Source of the DNA: Basidiobolus meristosporus CBS 931.73
Lineage: Eukaryota > Fungi > Basidiobolomycota
Reading direction: 5' to 3'
DNA: 64,000 nt
NCBI GenBank assembly: GCA_002104905.1
Contig: MCFE01000201.1
Span: forward strand, 1-64,000
This document shows positions 33,463 to 46,439 of this stretch, in pieces (position 1 is the first letter of the stretch; each line of letters begins with the position of its first letter). Under the pieces are notes generated by a model. The model worked only from the letters and a program-made list of their open reading frames with translations, did no database searches and was not told where the DNA came from. A program made the position numbers and the translations under genes.

Positions 33463-34947
33463 TGATTTTTTACTATTGAACCCCATACTTGCAGGCTGAG
33501 GTTGTTCCGTAATGATTATCTTCCTCTTGGTGGTTGAAGGAGAACGAAAGTCAAGCGAACTCTCCTAGATGGGTTTCTTTGTAGCCACTTTGTGTTGACG
33601 CGCGTAGACGTTGGGAAGCTATATTCTATGTTGACTTTCAGTCTACGTTGTATAGGGAGTATACTCTTGTAGGGATAAAAAGGGTTGATAATCAGGGTAA
33701 CAGCTGGATTTAATAGGTTTCTACACGTGATTACCTGTGGGGGTTACAAGGATAATGTGCGTTTAGGGAGTAGAGGCGGGGATCGGGAGTCGGAAGTCAG
33801 ACGAGACTAAATCACTCGGTGCTCCATGGGGGCTAGGATTCGCTTTTTATTCGATGAACACCGAGCGTGGGACTGCCGGAGATTTCTGGCTATTTCCTCG
33901 CTGGTTGGAACGGTCTATTGTAATGGCTGTTTCAGTGATTTGGGATGTAGGCTTGTTTTTCTTGCTAGCCGATGCATTAGATATTTGGACGAATTGGCGC
34001 TGGCTGCTCCCACTGGACAATACGAAAAGAACCCAATGCTCATGATGAATTGGTCAATACGCCAGGTGCGAATTGATTAATTTGGCACCTAATTGAGTTG
34101 ACCAGACCATAATGAACCCATAAACAGAGTATGCTGCGTATAGTTAATCATATCCATCAAATTTAGCTGCAGAGGGGTCGATCCTGATTAAAATGTCTCG
34201 TAAACATCAACAAGAGATCCACGTGTACACACATTGCCTGGCGAGCCAGCATTCGAATGCAGAGCCCTCTGAGACACATACCCCGTGAAATGCGATGCAT
34301 GGCCGTATAATAAACGAATTTCAGTCTGCTGGTTGGGCGGCCTGCAGAGGTGCGTATGAAGTTGGTAGCGGGCCCTTCCGTTATTAGCAAAATCACTTGC
34401 CAATTTATTGATTTCAGCCAGTTGCCACTGAATTACTAGAAAATTGTACTCTACACTTCATGCAACTCTCCAACCTAGATGACCCATCTCAACACCTGAC
34501 TTCATTGACCACGAGGTGGCATGGAGATATGAAATTGCATTTAGCGTCGATACATCATCACGCGTGCAAAGCATCATGCTAAAGTTTCTGAGCATTTTGA
34601 GCTTTCATGAAACCATGCATAACTTACTTCAATCAAGTGACTACCCAGCAGAAATTGGCTTTGGTGATGACCAGTCGAAAATGGATAATTTGCTAGTCAC
34701 GCAGGTTGATTCATTAAATATTTGGATACGTGATTCGCGTAATTCCACAGCTGGATTGGTTGTACAATAGTCAACAAATCTCTACGTGATGATTGGTAAG
34801 GTAAATAAATAAACAGGGGATCCCAAGGATATCCATGGCTTCTTTTTAGTTTTCAACCATGCTGGTCGGATTGGCATTTTCCCCAACACATCCACATCCA
34901 CATCCACATTCAAAGAGTGAAGCAGTGCCTTCTTTGCCGTCAACGTT

Positions 34948-36484
34948 ATGTTCTCCAAAGTGGATCTAAGAGATATTTTCACCCAGACGTCTGGTGACTT
35001 GAACGACATTGCCCAGAGCATATATTCATGCAAAAAGTGCGTCATATTAACCGGGGCTGGGATCTCCTGCAGCGCTGGGATTCCGGTAAGTAGTTGTTTC
35101 CACTTCGCGTGATCGGATGGCGTTTATTGACCTTCCACTGAATCCCAGGATTTCCGTTCGGCCGATGGTCTCTATAATTTGGTGAAAGCCAAGTTTCCCC
35201 AGTCTGTGCTGAAGGGCAAGGACATATTCGACGCCACTCTATTCAAAGACGAGGTTTCCACCAAAATCTTCTATAGTTTTATGGCAGAGCTCAGCGAGCT
35301 CACTTCCAAGGCTCAGGTCACCAAAACCCACGAGTTCATACGCCATTTACACGATGATGGAAAGCTGCTCAGATGCTACACACAAAACATCGACTGTCTG
35401 GAAGAGAAGTTGGAGTTGAATACGGATTTATTGGACGATAGTAAGAATGTCAAAGTGGTCCAATTGCATGGTAGTTTGGGCAGGGTTTCCTGCACAGCTT
35501 GTAGCGAGAAGTCGGATCTAACCAAGGCAATCCTCGATCAGTTCCATACAGGAGCAGCTCCCCCATGTAGTGCATGTAGCGTGCGTTGCAGAGAGAGGGA
35601 GCAGAAAGGAAAGAGATCTATCGCAGTGGGGACTCTTCGACCCGACATCATCTTGTATAACGAACATCATCCACTAGGGGATACCATCGGGAAAATCCAA
35701 CAGGTAGATCTACGAAGGAAGCCAGACCTCCTAATCATCATGGGTACCACATTGAAAGTATGCGGTTTCAAAAACCTGGTCAAAGAGATGGCCAGAACAG
35801 TTCACCTATCCAAAAAGGGGAAGGTGATCTTTGTGAACAAAACTGAGCTACCCACCAAAGAATGGGAGGGGGTTATCGACTATTTCGTGATCGGTGAGAC
35901 TGACAAGTGGGTCGAGCAAGTGGAAAGACTGGTGGATGAGCTCAAAGCGAAAAAGGCCTCTCGAAAGAAAAAGGCCCCCGTCCAGGACAATACTCTGGAT
36001 AATTACATCTCCGAGATGACATCCGATGACGGTATCTATTATCTCCAGATTGCATTTGTTACAGAAGATGGAACTAACCTATATTGCCTTAGAACCTCTG
36101 CCTTGCACCATCATGGCCGTTCACAAGACTCCTGAGAATAAGATACGCCGTAAGGTTTTGGGTCGTAAATCTGTTCCCAAACTTAATATTCGTGCTGAGC
36201 CAGTGACGTCGATGCTGCCAACACCACCTGCATCCCCCGTCAAGTCTAGGTCACAAAGTTTGGATGTTCCGAGCGATAAGCCTATCAAAAAGACAGGGGC
36301 CAAGAAATTATGTGAGGTGGTTCTGTCTACATCACGTGTGACCAGACAATCTACTAGACAGCAGACAGTTGATTCGATGCTGAAAGCGACCAAGAATACC
36401 ATCGGATCAAAGAAAGCCAAGCAGCCATCGCCATCAGGCTTAGCTGCAGCACGTGGTCGACTGATTGCCACCGGTGATAATTGA
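34948..36484 (+). CDS. HST3: NAD-dependent deacetylase, sirtuin of the Hst3/Hst4 type (3 exons)
   Basis: VILTGAGISCSAGIP|DFRS.DGLY, LLRCYTQNID, VQLHGSL, CxxC...CxxC, LRPDIILYNE.HP, PDLLIIMGTTLKV. Introns 35086-35148 and 36032-36092. HST3 versus HST4 cannot be resolved. Confidence 0.9.
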
Positions 36485-37071
36485 TGCGGCCCTGTTAGAG
36501 AACCTTGTTCCTTGTACAATTTTATCATGTATATACTACCCTTGCGGAATTTAATTCATGCATATCCAACGTGTACATACACACCCATCATTCTTCTCAA
36601 AGCCTTGCTCACCAGCCAAGTATAGGCCATCTGTCAATGTACACATGTTGGAGTGCATCAAAGTGACGTTCGCACGCCGCGATACGGATTAGGTTTTATA
36701 GTGTAAGATCACTCATTAGAGCTTGTCATCATTAAACGGATTGAATTATTTATATGTGATGCATACAGAACTTATTATTCAGCCCAAGGGAGCTTTCCGC
36801 GAATCAGACAAGAGCTAGACGTCGACGTGACCCACAAGGCCATGATACCAATGGTCCGCACGTTGAACAAATGCACTAATGTGGTTTCTTCAGAAAGCTG
36901 AGACTGATGATCCTGAGGATTATGCATCCCCTTAAACCAGTTATTCGAGCCATTCAATTGTTTGTGTTGAAAATAGGAGGCAACAAGCAACTATAAAACG
37001 CAGGCCTGCTGTTGATCTAGCCAAAAACATACCATTTCTTCTTTGACATCGTAGTGATAATTACATCTGAT

Positions 37072-37773
37072 ATGACAGTCAATTTCCGGGAGATAACCAC
37101 AAATCTCTTCTACTTACTAACCGTGTTTATAGCCTTGCTTGCATGGATCGTGCTGTTTGTTTCTGCCATTGTTGCCGGTGCTCTTGGGTTTACATGGTTC
37201 GTGATCATTTTCCTGTTCGTGCTGAAGGTGTTGTTGATCATGGCGATCATTACTGGTTCGGTTCGCCACCACCGATTCGCACTGTTGGTTTTCCTGACCA
37301 TCGGTATTGTTCTCTGCATTATTGATATCAACGCATTCGTGTACTCCACCGAGTCTGTGTTCCGAGCATTGGCTGCTGGCTTCATCATCTCAGTCATCGC
37401 CTTGATTTTGTGGGCCATTGCCATGGGTGTTGAACAGGAGACATACATTCATCGTACGCTCCATTCATACAAACTTGGCGAACCGGTACGTGGTGCAGAG
37501 GCTTCAGAGGCTCCACCTATGTCACAGAACAGTGCCGCACCACCCCAAGTGACCTCACACGGGGATTACCCACCGCTGGCAAACAATGCTCAATACTCGT
37601 TCCGAGCTCAGGCACTTTATCCGTACCAAGCCAATCATAGCGATCCCCAAGAACTATCGTTTAATGAGGGTGAGGTGATCGATGTGGTGCAGCCGGAAGG
37701 CAAGTGGTGGCAAGGAAGAAAAGCTGATGGTACCGTTGGCGTCATACCAAGCAACTTCTTCCAACTCCTATAA
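37072..37773 (+). CDS. SHO1: High-osmolarity signalling sensor Sho1 (4 TM + SH3); intronless
   Basis: Four hydrophobic segments, then ALYPYQAN..DPQELSF..GEVIDV...GKWWQGRKADG.VGVIPSNF (SH3). Confidence 0.92.
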   Translation: MTVNFREITTNLFYLLTVFIALLAWIVLFVSAIVAGALGFTWFVIIFLFVLKVLLIMAIITGSVRHHRFALLVFLTIGIVLCIIDINAFVYSTESVFRALAAGFIISVIALILWAIAMGVEQETYIHRTLHSYKLGEPVRGAEASEAPPMSQNSAAPPQVTSHGDYPPLANNAQYSFRAQALYPYQANHSDPQELSFNEGEVIDVVQPEGKWWQGRKADGTVGVIPSNFFQLL

Positions 37774-38210
37774 GTAGAGATACATCAATAAGCATATTCT
37801 ATCAAATTCGCTGAAATTTTTGCTAAACCTATCACTTTTACAATAAAGTGTCATCGATAAAAATGTTGTGCAAGTATGAAGTTGCAATAGACGTGGGGAG
37901 AATCGGGCGATTGCAGTGGAGGTTTAAAATAGTTTATTTGGTACAAGCTGATTGATGCAAAAATGGTTAAAAGAAAAGGTCAGTTCGGGGGCACGAAAAT
38001 GCCCTCAGACAAAGGCAAGGGGATTCCTGTTGGAAGAGTGCATTGCCCAACAATCTGTAAACAAGAGATGACTAATACTTGGTGAGATGATATTAGAAGG
38101 AAACAAGTCATCGCCAAGGTCCTTGATACATGTAAAAATATGATATTACACTGCACGGCTAGAGGTCTGAGGCTTCGGGGAAGTGGCGGCCAATCGGCTG
38201 GATCCATTGA

Positions 38211-39512
38211 TTAGGAGAAAAAGATGCTTACCAACAATGATAACCCGACCATAATCAGTAGCCTAGTGAAGAACGCTTGCTGAGGGTCTCCCCCTAAGGA
38301 ACTCCCGATAAGGATGGGCTTGTAGAGCATAGAATGCAACAGTTCCTCTTACCTGGCTGGTTTCCAACTTGTTGAGCAGGTGGGAAAGTCTAGATCTAAT
38401 GTTAGTCATCCATCATATGCCAAGTCATATATGAAATAAACTCTACAAAATGAAAGCCAAAGAGTCCTGGTAGAAATCCGAAACCACCACCAATCGAGAA
38501 AAAAGGGGCGAAGTTTACTCCTCCCATATTGATACCTCCCCATCCGTTGTTGTTGTCCTCACTGGGGTGTTGAGTTGGTTCTGGGCGTTGACCGGCTGGT
38601 CGTTTAGGGCAGTTGGGGTCAGTTCTACCGTTTACTCTCCGTTAATAATCAGTAATAACCTTCTGCTACTCTGAATACTTGCCTTGGATCCTTTGCTTCC
38701 TTTCCTCGACCATAAACTGGAATCACTTTGTCTTCACCACAACCAGCTTTACAAACGGGGCAAAGAGGGTTACGGGGCTGTGCTTCTATCCACTGTAAAA
38801 ATGGTGAATCTCTCCCGTGACGTACAAGTTGATAGAACGTTCGGAGTACTTACTTGATGTAAACACGGCCAGCTAATAAACGGATCGAGATGGATTTCCC
38901 GGTTAGAGGTAGAGGAAGAGGAAAGGATGGTGCACGGACGCTTACCAGTACAAATGTCCGCAAAGAGTTAATACGGGGTATGAGACCGCGTCGAAACTGT
39001 AGTGAAAAAACATTAAAATGAAAAGCCAATAATAAAGACGAAAGGAGACCTTCATACCATATGTTGCATGAGAACTCATTACTAGTTTCACTGGTGTCGG
39101 TTGGAGATGAGGAGGTGTTTGAAGATTCAGCAGTTGAGTTTATTGAAGCTCTTTGCTGTTTTTTCAAGCTGGTTCCAGAGAAGGAGTAGGTGGTGCGGGG
39201 CCTCTCTTTTATTATAAAAGCGGGATCAACATAGGCTGTCGTCGAATCGGATGGAGGATCCTGTGTCGAAGGAGTGAGGTTACTTCCCTCCTTGTCAGTT
39301 TCAAGAGGGCACTTCTCAGCTTTTTGTTCGTTAGTTGCTTCCAAAGGGGAAATTTGGTCGGGGTAGACACCGGAATTCGATACATCCACGTTCTCTTCTA
39401 ATTTCTTGGCTTCTTGAGGAAAACCCGCGTTTAGGTCTATTGCTAGGTTCGGATGCGGGTCGATTGCATCAATAACCGCTTGATTTCTTGTTTCTTCACA
39501 CTGAGTTTCCAT
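38211..39512 (-). CDS. RNF185: ER-membrane C3HC4 RING E3 ubiquitin ligase, RNF5/RNF185/RMA1-type; multi-exon
   Basis: Spliced [59 protein letters not shown]...PKRPAGQRPEP and C-terminal TM QAFFTRLLIMVGLSLLVSIFFS*. Includes a 19-nt exon (38854-38872) and a GC-AG intron. Confidence 0.92.
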
Positions 39513-40528
39513 ATGGCTGAATTCTCGCTACAGGGGTATTGGAAAGGTCGTTGTGTGGATTTGCTAAATTTCAAATGGCCAAGTACTAACGAACTGACGC
39601 AAGAGAATGTTAAAACGACTGCTGGATTGACTACCAGATCTGCTAACAAATCTATCGGTGATGAAAAACATGGACTATCGAAAAGGCCAGAATAGGATCG
39701 AGATCAAATCCAGAAAAGTCTCGAATTCCATAAATCCATGAAGGATTAGCCAAATCATTGTTTAAGCGTTCGGGATCAAAACTCTCATCATCATTGATAA
39801 ATAGACCATTCGGGAGAAATATTCAATACACCGACTACCTATTAGTCCATCTGCGCAAACAGAATGTTGTGGAGAAGATTGAAGCGCTAGCTAAGTATAG
39901 GGAGCTGCTTACTCAATCAGCATGGAAGGCAAGGTTTAGGCTGGGTGCACCCGAACCAACCGTTCTAATTAGTCGACACAATAAAATTCGAGGTTTGCTA
40001 GTTACGGAATGTGTTTACCACAATAGGATAGCTATTAGATCTTGAACCGACAACGTATGAAGATGCATTTCAGAGTTTTGCAGCAGGAACATTTGAAAGG
40101 TAACCGATCTAAGGCTTAGACGCATGCAGATTCGGGCATCACGTGCCGCCCTTAGTTATCTAAACCAGATCTGAAAGGGGCTTTTGGTGACACAACGTAC
40201 ACGAAAGCCTCTTTGAAAAGCTACCATGGGCACTTGGAAGTACTGCCAGAAACAAGGTAGGAGGACTGGAGAGCCCCAGCTATCACTTCAAACTTACGCC
40301 CACTTGCAACTCAACGTGGCTTATCGTAGGCAATACACAAGACATAAAAGGTAATTAACTGGATGAAACATCATATCTGCTATCAGGTTGATCTTTGCTG
40401 AAACCGATACACAACTTCAGGGGAATCAGTGGTGAATGAGCGGTGCACACGTATGGCAACTTTCATATGACTATTGACTTTTATATCAAGCCACCAACTC
40501 CCCATAGTAAAGCAGGCTGAATAGAGAT

Positions 40529-42052
40529 ATGGAGTATCTGCGAGAGGCTTTGATTAACACAAGGGAGTTATTTCAGCTATGTTATGGCTTCCTACAGGCA
40601 CTTTGGCTCAACAAGCCTTTTGTTTTCGAATGGCATCAACTGCCCCGTATTTTCCAAGCGATATCGTATCGCTTAACTCTATTTCTTCTCTGGGTGGTTC
40701 GATATATCTCACCTCCTTCCTATTTTCTTGAATTGGAGGCCAATGCTTTTTTGCGCTCTAAGGCACTGTACATCGCGTGTAGGCTGAATGTAGCGGACGT
40801 TCTAGAGAATGGCCCATTAGATATTAATACTCTGGCAAATCGAGTGAACTCAAATACCAAGCCATTACGTACGTTGTCAACCAACTTTAACGCCTAGCCC
40901 ATCATATACTAATGGCTCATCAACAACAGTTCGTCTGATGCGAGCATTGGCCGGGTTCGGAATATTCGACGAGAGTTTTTCAGGAGGAGCAATGATATAT
41001 TCCAACAATCGACACTCGCGACTACTCGTATCGAGTAATCCCAAGACCCTGAAGTACTATGTTCTACATCGGTAAATATCCAAACCCTCTGGCTTTTGGT
41101 CTCCATGGATCTAAACTTGCTCTCTAGAGGGAACGAATCGTATGCAGCATCCGTAGATCTGGACAAAATGTTCATCATAGAGAACAAGGGGAAGATTGCA
41201 TTCAATAGCTATTACAAAACAGACAAGAAGTACTGGGAGTGGTTGGAAGAGGTGGAGAACAAAGAGATTCTCGATATTTTTGGCAACGCGATGGTGAGCA
41301 TCTCCAGTTGGAAAGGGAGAATAGTGGCTGGTGGTAAGAATTCGTAAACGATGTGAATCTCGCGGTACAAATAACTTACAGACTCTTACAGAATTCAACT
41401 GGTCACAGTTCAGGCATAAGCATCTGGTTGATGTGGGCGGAGGCTTTGGTGGTGTACTTAAAGCCATTCTGGAGGAGAACCCACAAATTCGGGCAACTAT
41501 ATTTGATCGGGAGGCAGTTATTACTCTTTCACGACAGGTCTGGCTTTGGCTTTGCTGTAGATAGCAGATATCATAACTAATTAGTGTTATTTCTTAGGAA
41601 TGGGCACTGAGAAACCATCATATCTCGGACAATGTGACTTTTACTGGGGGTATGACAGGTCGTTCCACGCTCTCTATTGAATTTCAACTAACCGATCCTT
41701 TCATATATTCTTAGGGGATTTCTTCAAATCGGTTCCTAATGATGGTGATGTGTACCTTCTGTGCACAGTTCTACACGACTGGGATGATCCTTCATGCATC
41801 AAGATTCTCAAAACCATACGAAAGCACATGACTAAGCCACATGCAAGGCTTCTCATTCTGGAAATGATAGTCACATCACCAATGCCAGACCCAGTCGTAG
41901 CATACAGTGATCTGCAGATGATGATGATGGTGGATGGTAAAGAACGCTCCCCAAAGGAATTCGCCTATCTGTTGCAGAAGTCTGGATTCTTGCTCCATCA
42001 GATCCACACTCTCTCTAAAGGGTATGCGTTGATTGAGGGACGCCTGCCATAA
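40529..42052 (+). CDS. SAM-dependent O-methyltransferase (Methyltransf_2 with dimerisation domain); multi-exon, in frame
   Basis: SKALYIACRLNVADVL, HLVDVGGGFGG, GDFFKSVP..GDVYLLCTVLHDWDD, ARLLILE, DLQMM..VDGKERS. Confidence 0.92.
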
Positions 42053-44205
42053 CTATGATTTACTGATGGCTTGTCAAGCCCATCCATTATACTTTTAGTC
42101 CTATCATTATCAGCAGTTTTCGTATATTTAATAAAAACAATGGCGTCTTCACAATTGTTCACATCGTTGTTTTTGAATACAGTGGATGGTTGAGCAGCAG
42201 CCCAGATCTTGTGCATATGAAAAAAGGTTAGACACGACAACTATGAAAAGTGTACTCAATTCTAAATATCCTCTATCTGCATTTCGGGACGTATCTTTGT
42301 TTTATATCATTAGGAGGGTTGTTGAGTTGGGAAACGTATTCACTTGGAGGACACTTGAGACTGCATGCTGCCGCTTACAATGTTAGGCAGCTTCAAGGTG
42401 TTTAGTAAATTGAGTAGCTGCACTATAACACTGCTGATGTTTCAACTGATAAACCATCCATGTGCTGCGAGGAGCACGCTTGGAGAATGTTCATATTGAT
42501 GTGGGTGATGCAGTCAGTGAGCAGGATTCCTGTATCACTGGGAGATCAGCAACGCTTCTTTCCAGCTGCCAAAATTGGCCCGAAATCTCTGCGCAACTAG
42601 GGTGTTGGTTTAAATAGGTTCAATAAAACCCACATACCTAAAGCAATATCTTAGTTTCGATAGGCGTTTGATAAGTGGTACTAATGCATGAATATATAGA
42701 ACCATAAGAAAGAACGCATCCTACTTGCTTCAAGGCCTGTTCCACAGTATCTATTCCCCCAAATACACCACTCTGTGATGTCAGGCACTGGAAATAAATT
42801 CAAGTTCAGTTTTATATAGCAGATCGAGTCTACACAGGTGGTGTCACATGGGCCCTTTGCCAGCCAATGATTCATCCAGGATCCTCCAGCCATAGGAGTC
42901 AATGCTATGAAATCCTGATAAATACTAATAGCATCCTCTCCCAGCAGGCGCAGAAACCACGATGGAAGTTGATTGTAGGGGGTGAGTGGAACCATGGTAA
43001 CCTTGCCCGAACGAATTCGATCCAATTCCGGAATCATGAAAGGCTCAGCTTCCCCACATCTGTGATGATGACCGAACCGCCCCAAGATGTATGCTAATGT
43101 TTGACTGATACCAAAAATCATCGCTTAATTGAATAAAGCAACCTGCAAGACATCTAGTAAGCAATCCTGCTCAGCCCTGTCGGCCCCGTATTGGCGAGTC
43201 CGCCTCCATTAGTGTTGCATTACTCTGGCAAATTTATAGATGGAAAATGCCAATGACTGAAGTCTTTATTTGCCACCCAGGCAAGAGCAAATCCCACCGC
43301 TCTCCCGGCATAGAAGGTAATAATTGTTAGTATACTTGATATTAGGCCAGATATTCTCCGGAGCCTACAAGCAGCGCTTTTCTTTAGGATCTGATCCGGG
43401 TCTTAGCATGGTCTTTTACAGCTCTGGTAAACCAGCTACAATCTGGCGTGGTTCTTCCCATTTGATCTGAAAGCTCGATTCCACACTGCGGAGATTTTCC
43501 GCAATCTAGATGTATAGACGTCCAGTGTTCTCCCCACTTGGACATTACTGTCTGGTAACTGTTCTGTTCCAAGCGTGGCTCATGTTAAGAAGCTGCTGTG
43601 CATCTCGCTGGTAATCATGACCGTCCAAGAGAGGTAACATCCATTCTTTCTCTGTTGAAGCAATCAACCATCATGTAGTACGTGAGGAGATTTTCCGTTT
43701 TACTGATAACACCTATATCGATGACGATCTCACTGCAGCCACTCAAGCCCGTAGGTTGAGAATCCAGCGAGTTTTAACTCCCAATGAAAAACCCCTCGGG
43801 TAGTACTATCTGGATGTCATCCTATTTCGGTGGCCACACTGATTGTGAAATCTTAGTATTTATTGAGAAATTTTGAAAAGGAAACACCAGAACATTGATT
43901 GTGAATAAGTATACATATGTTACAATATCTACCCCTAACTAGGCACAAAGGCAAACGATTTGAAACGTGCTACAACTTGATTTCTTGCTGCTTGCATTCT
44001 TGGGGACTAGACAATACTGAGTATCGCGCTGGATGATACGTATGGATTAGGTAGGAGGATAGCTAAATGATGAGCGCAATGACCGACACCCTTGGGACCG
44101 CTTCGGAGTTATCGCCTCGTGAGCGTAACATTACGTGGATTTAATAACATCTTGAAAAGATTCATCGGAATAACTACTGTTCTATAAGAGATGGGAATTT
44201 TCCAT

Positions 44206-45714
44206 TCAACCTCGGATACAAGTTGCAGGAGGAGAGATGCCATAAGGATTTGCTCTATACGGTGCTCCAGTATGCGATAGATTTTTGCTGCGAATTGTAT
44301 CAGTACTACGTGAATGGGTAGAGTTATTTCCAATGGAGATTGGTTTGGATGTAATATAGGATGAAGCGTTCGAAACATAATTTCTGGAGAGGGTATTGTA
44401 TGAGTTCAACAAATACCCTGGCTCCTCCCATGAGTTGCTTCCAAAAGGAGACTCAACAGAGACTGAACTGTAGGAGTCATATTCGTGGTTTAGCATCTGG
44501 GAAAGTGAGGAGGTGGTGTATGCAGAGGGACTGTCGTAGGAGTCGTGTTGCTGATCAATCTGATCAGACGTGGGGAAGTCGAAGTAGTCGGAGCTCTCTA
44601 GTTGACCTCGAGAATTGCGCGCTTCAGATGCAAGAAGAGCAGAAAGTGAAGCGCCAAAGTCGTATCGTGAGCTCAGCTTCTTGGTAGAAGCAGATCTTAA
44701 AGAGTTCAGGGGACTTCCGGACGAAAAGTAACCACCGGGGTCGGCACCTTCATACGAGCTTGTCTTGATGGGTCTACCCTTATTAATATCTACAGGTTGG
44801 GCTTGCAGGTCCCATGGCTCACTGGTGTTTTTGATCTTCGATAAGACGAACTCCACGTGGTAGTTCATTCCGTCGTTATTGTCCCAGAACTCTTCGCCGT
44901 TCACTTGGTATTTAACTGCAAAGAACATGGTCTTCTTGGGTGAACCAAGCTTAAGACTGATCCTTTCTTCAATGTTAATACTAAAGTCAAATTTATCAAC
45001 TCCGACATAGTTCTCATGATCATGGGCCGAGGACTGCTTGAAGTCAGCCGAGACCTCCTCAACTGTTTGCCAAAAGTCAAAGGTATAGCGCACCGCCACA
45101 TGCTTTCTATAGGCAAGATTGGCAACCTGGATAGTCCCAATTACATCTAGTTTATCTTCGGACAATGAGATGTCTTGAACACTCACAATCTTAGAATTGT
45201 AGCCAGGGAAAATCGGAGGTGGGAAATTGGGCAGGCGGATCGATAGGGAGACCTCATCATCTTGATCGTAATAGTCATCGTCAGAGGAAGTACCATCTTC
45301 ATCGTCGGAGCCAGGGTTGGATATAGTCTGGGGCTTCTCGCCTTTCATGAAAAGTTTTATGTATTCGAGCTGCGCATCGAAATGTACAAACTTTGTGGGG
45401 GATGTAGGCAACGATTTTGGCCGGTCGTTCTCTTTACCTTTCAAAGCAGATTTGACAACTTCACCGCTCTTCTTTCTCAGAAGTTGAGGACGGAGTGGAA
45501 TAGAAAAGACCGGCTTTTTATGTCCCGATATGAGATCAGTGTGAAGGTTTACATCGATGTTGGATAGTGGGTTTTCGGGTTTACAGGAATTAGTGATACC
45601 TGTAATGCTGCGTTGACGGCTAATGAGAGAAATGCTCTGAGACGCCGGGCGAGGGATGCTTGTGGTATGCGACTCTCTAGTTGAGAGGCAAAATCCGGGG
45701 GCGTTGGGAGCCAT
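44206..45714 (-). CDS. CBM21-domain protein phosphatase 1 glycogen-targeting subunit (Gac1/Pig/Gip2-like); intronless
   Basis: KFVHFD (RVxF) followed by GTIQVANLAYRKHVAVRYTFDFW...DKFDFSI...FFAVKYQVNGEEFWDNNDGMNY. First ATG at 45714. Confidence 0.9.
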   Translation of the reverse strand: MAPNAPGFCLSTRESHTTSIPRPASQSISLISRQRSITGITNSCKPENPLSNIDVNLHTDLISGHKKPVFSIPLRPQLLRKKSGEVVKSALKGKENDRPKSLPTSPTKFVHFDAQLEYIKLFMKGEKPQTISNPGSDDEDGTSSDDDYYDQDDEVSLSIRLPNFPPPIFPGYNSKIVSVQDISLSEDKLDVIGTIQVANLAYRKHVAVRYTFDFWQTVEEVSADFKQSSAHDHENYVGVDKFDFSINIEERISLKLGSPKKTMFFAVKYQVNGEEFWDNNDGMNYHVEFVLSKIKNTSEPWDLQAQPVDINKGRPIKTSSYEGADPGGYFSSGSPLNSLRSASTKKLSSRYDFGASLSALLASEARNSRGQLESSDYFDFPTSDQIDQQHDSYDSPSAYTTSSLSQMLNHEYDSYSSVSVESPFGSNSWEEPGYLLNSYNTLSRNYVSNASSYITSKPISIGNNSTHSRSTDTIRSKNLSHTGAPYRANPYGISPPATCIRG

Positions 45715-46439
45715 GGTGGCGTTGCAAGTAGAGAGTAGAGAAACCCGCCTCTTTGGCCAGACATTAATTGAATTGAGGTGCTCTGCTGATTTGTCCTGAG
45801 CAGTCAATGTTGCGTTCCAGGAGCTAAACATTCGTGAGATACAAGAGTGAGGGTCAGGAAATACCAAGAAATTTAGATCGTAGAACGTGTGTAGCCAAGG
45901 AGGATGAAACGGTGTTAACTCGAAGTGTCACCCGCAACGTGAAGGGGAAGAAGTAGACTAGTACAGAACAGAGAGTATGAAGTCTGACCCAGACTACACG
46001 GATTTAACAAGGCGGTGATGGCCGTCAAGTATCACTAAGGTAGGCCTAACAATTTATAGAAAACCAGAAGAAAGTGGGGATACATCACTGGAATCGAGGG
46101 GGTACACCGGATTTCAACTAGTGATATATTTTCATGGTTAATATAAAATGTTGATAGATAGCAGTTTGAGACAGTTTCTCTTTTGGTCACACCACACAAT
46201 GATAAATTAAACAGTCCGTTAGCCAAATGGCAATATACTGATCTTGATGTGGAGGATCATGAATTGGATACGTTATTAATTACAGACACCATTCATCCTG
46301 CGTGGTTCATTTATAATACTCTCTCAATGAGATAGATTTTTGTTCCTATTTATGGAGCCAATCCATATACGGCACAAAATTGTATGCAGTAAATCTACGT
46401 GATCACGCTATTCCATTTAGGTTCGGAGAGAATTGATTG

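Noticed and set aside
36121-36528. Long antisense ORFs (this one, plus 56957..57628, 30965..31780, 45262..45567, 3035..3376, 15502..15876, 62530..62874)
   Set aside because: Shadow or alternate frames of well-supported genes, with no independent motifs.
39758-40260. ORF 39758..40045 and a downstream EPTTYEDA peptide resembling a copia linker or decayed gene
   Set aside because: Too short; no RT or integrase motifs follow and no consistent model was obtained.
42681-43660. 146-aa ORF 42681..43121 (-) extended upstream as a single-frame pseudogene
   Set aside because: The upstream frame has about 7 stops in ~190 codons, close to random expectation, and no family motif. The ORF alone is insufficient.
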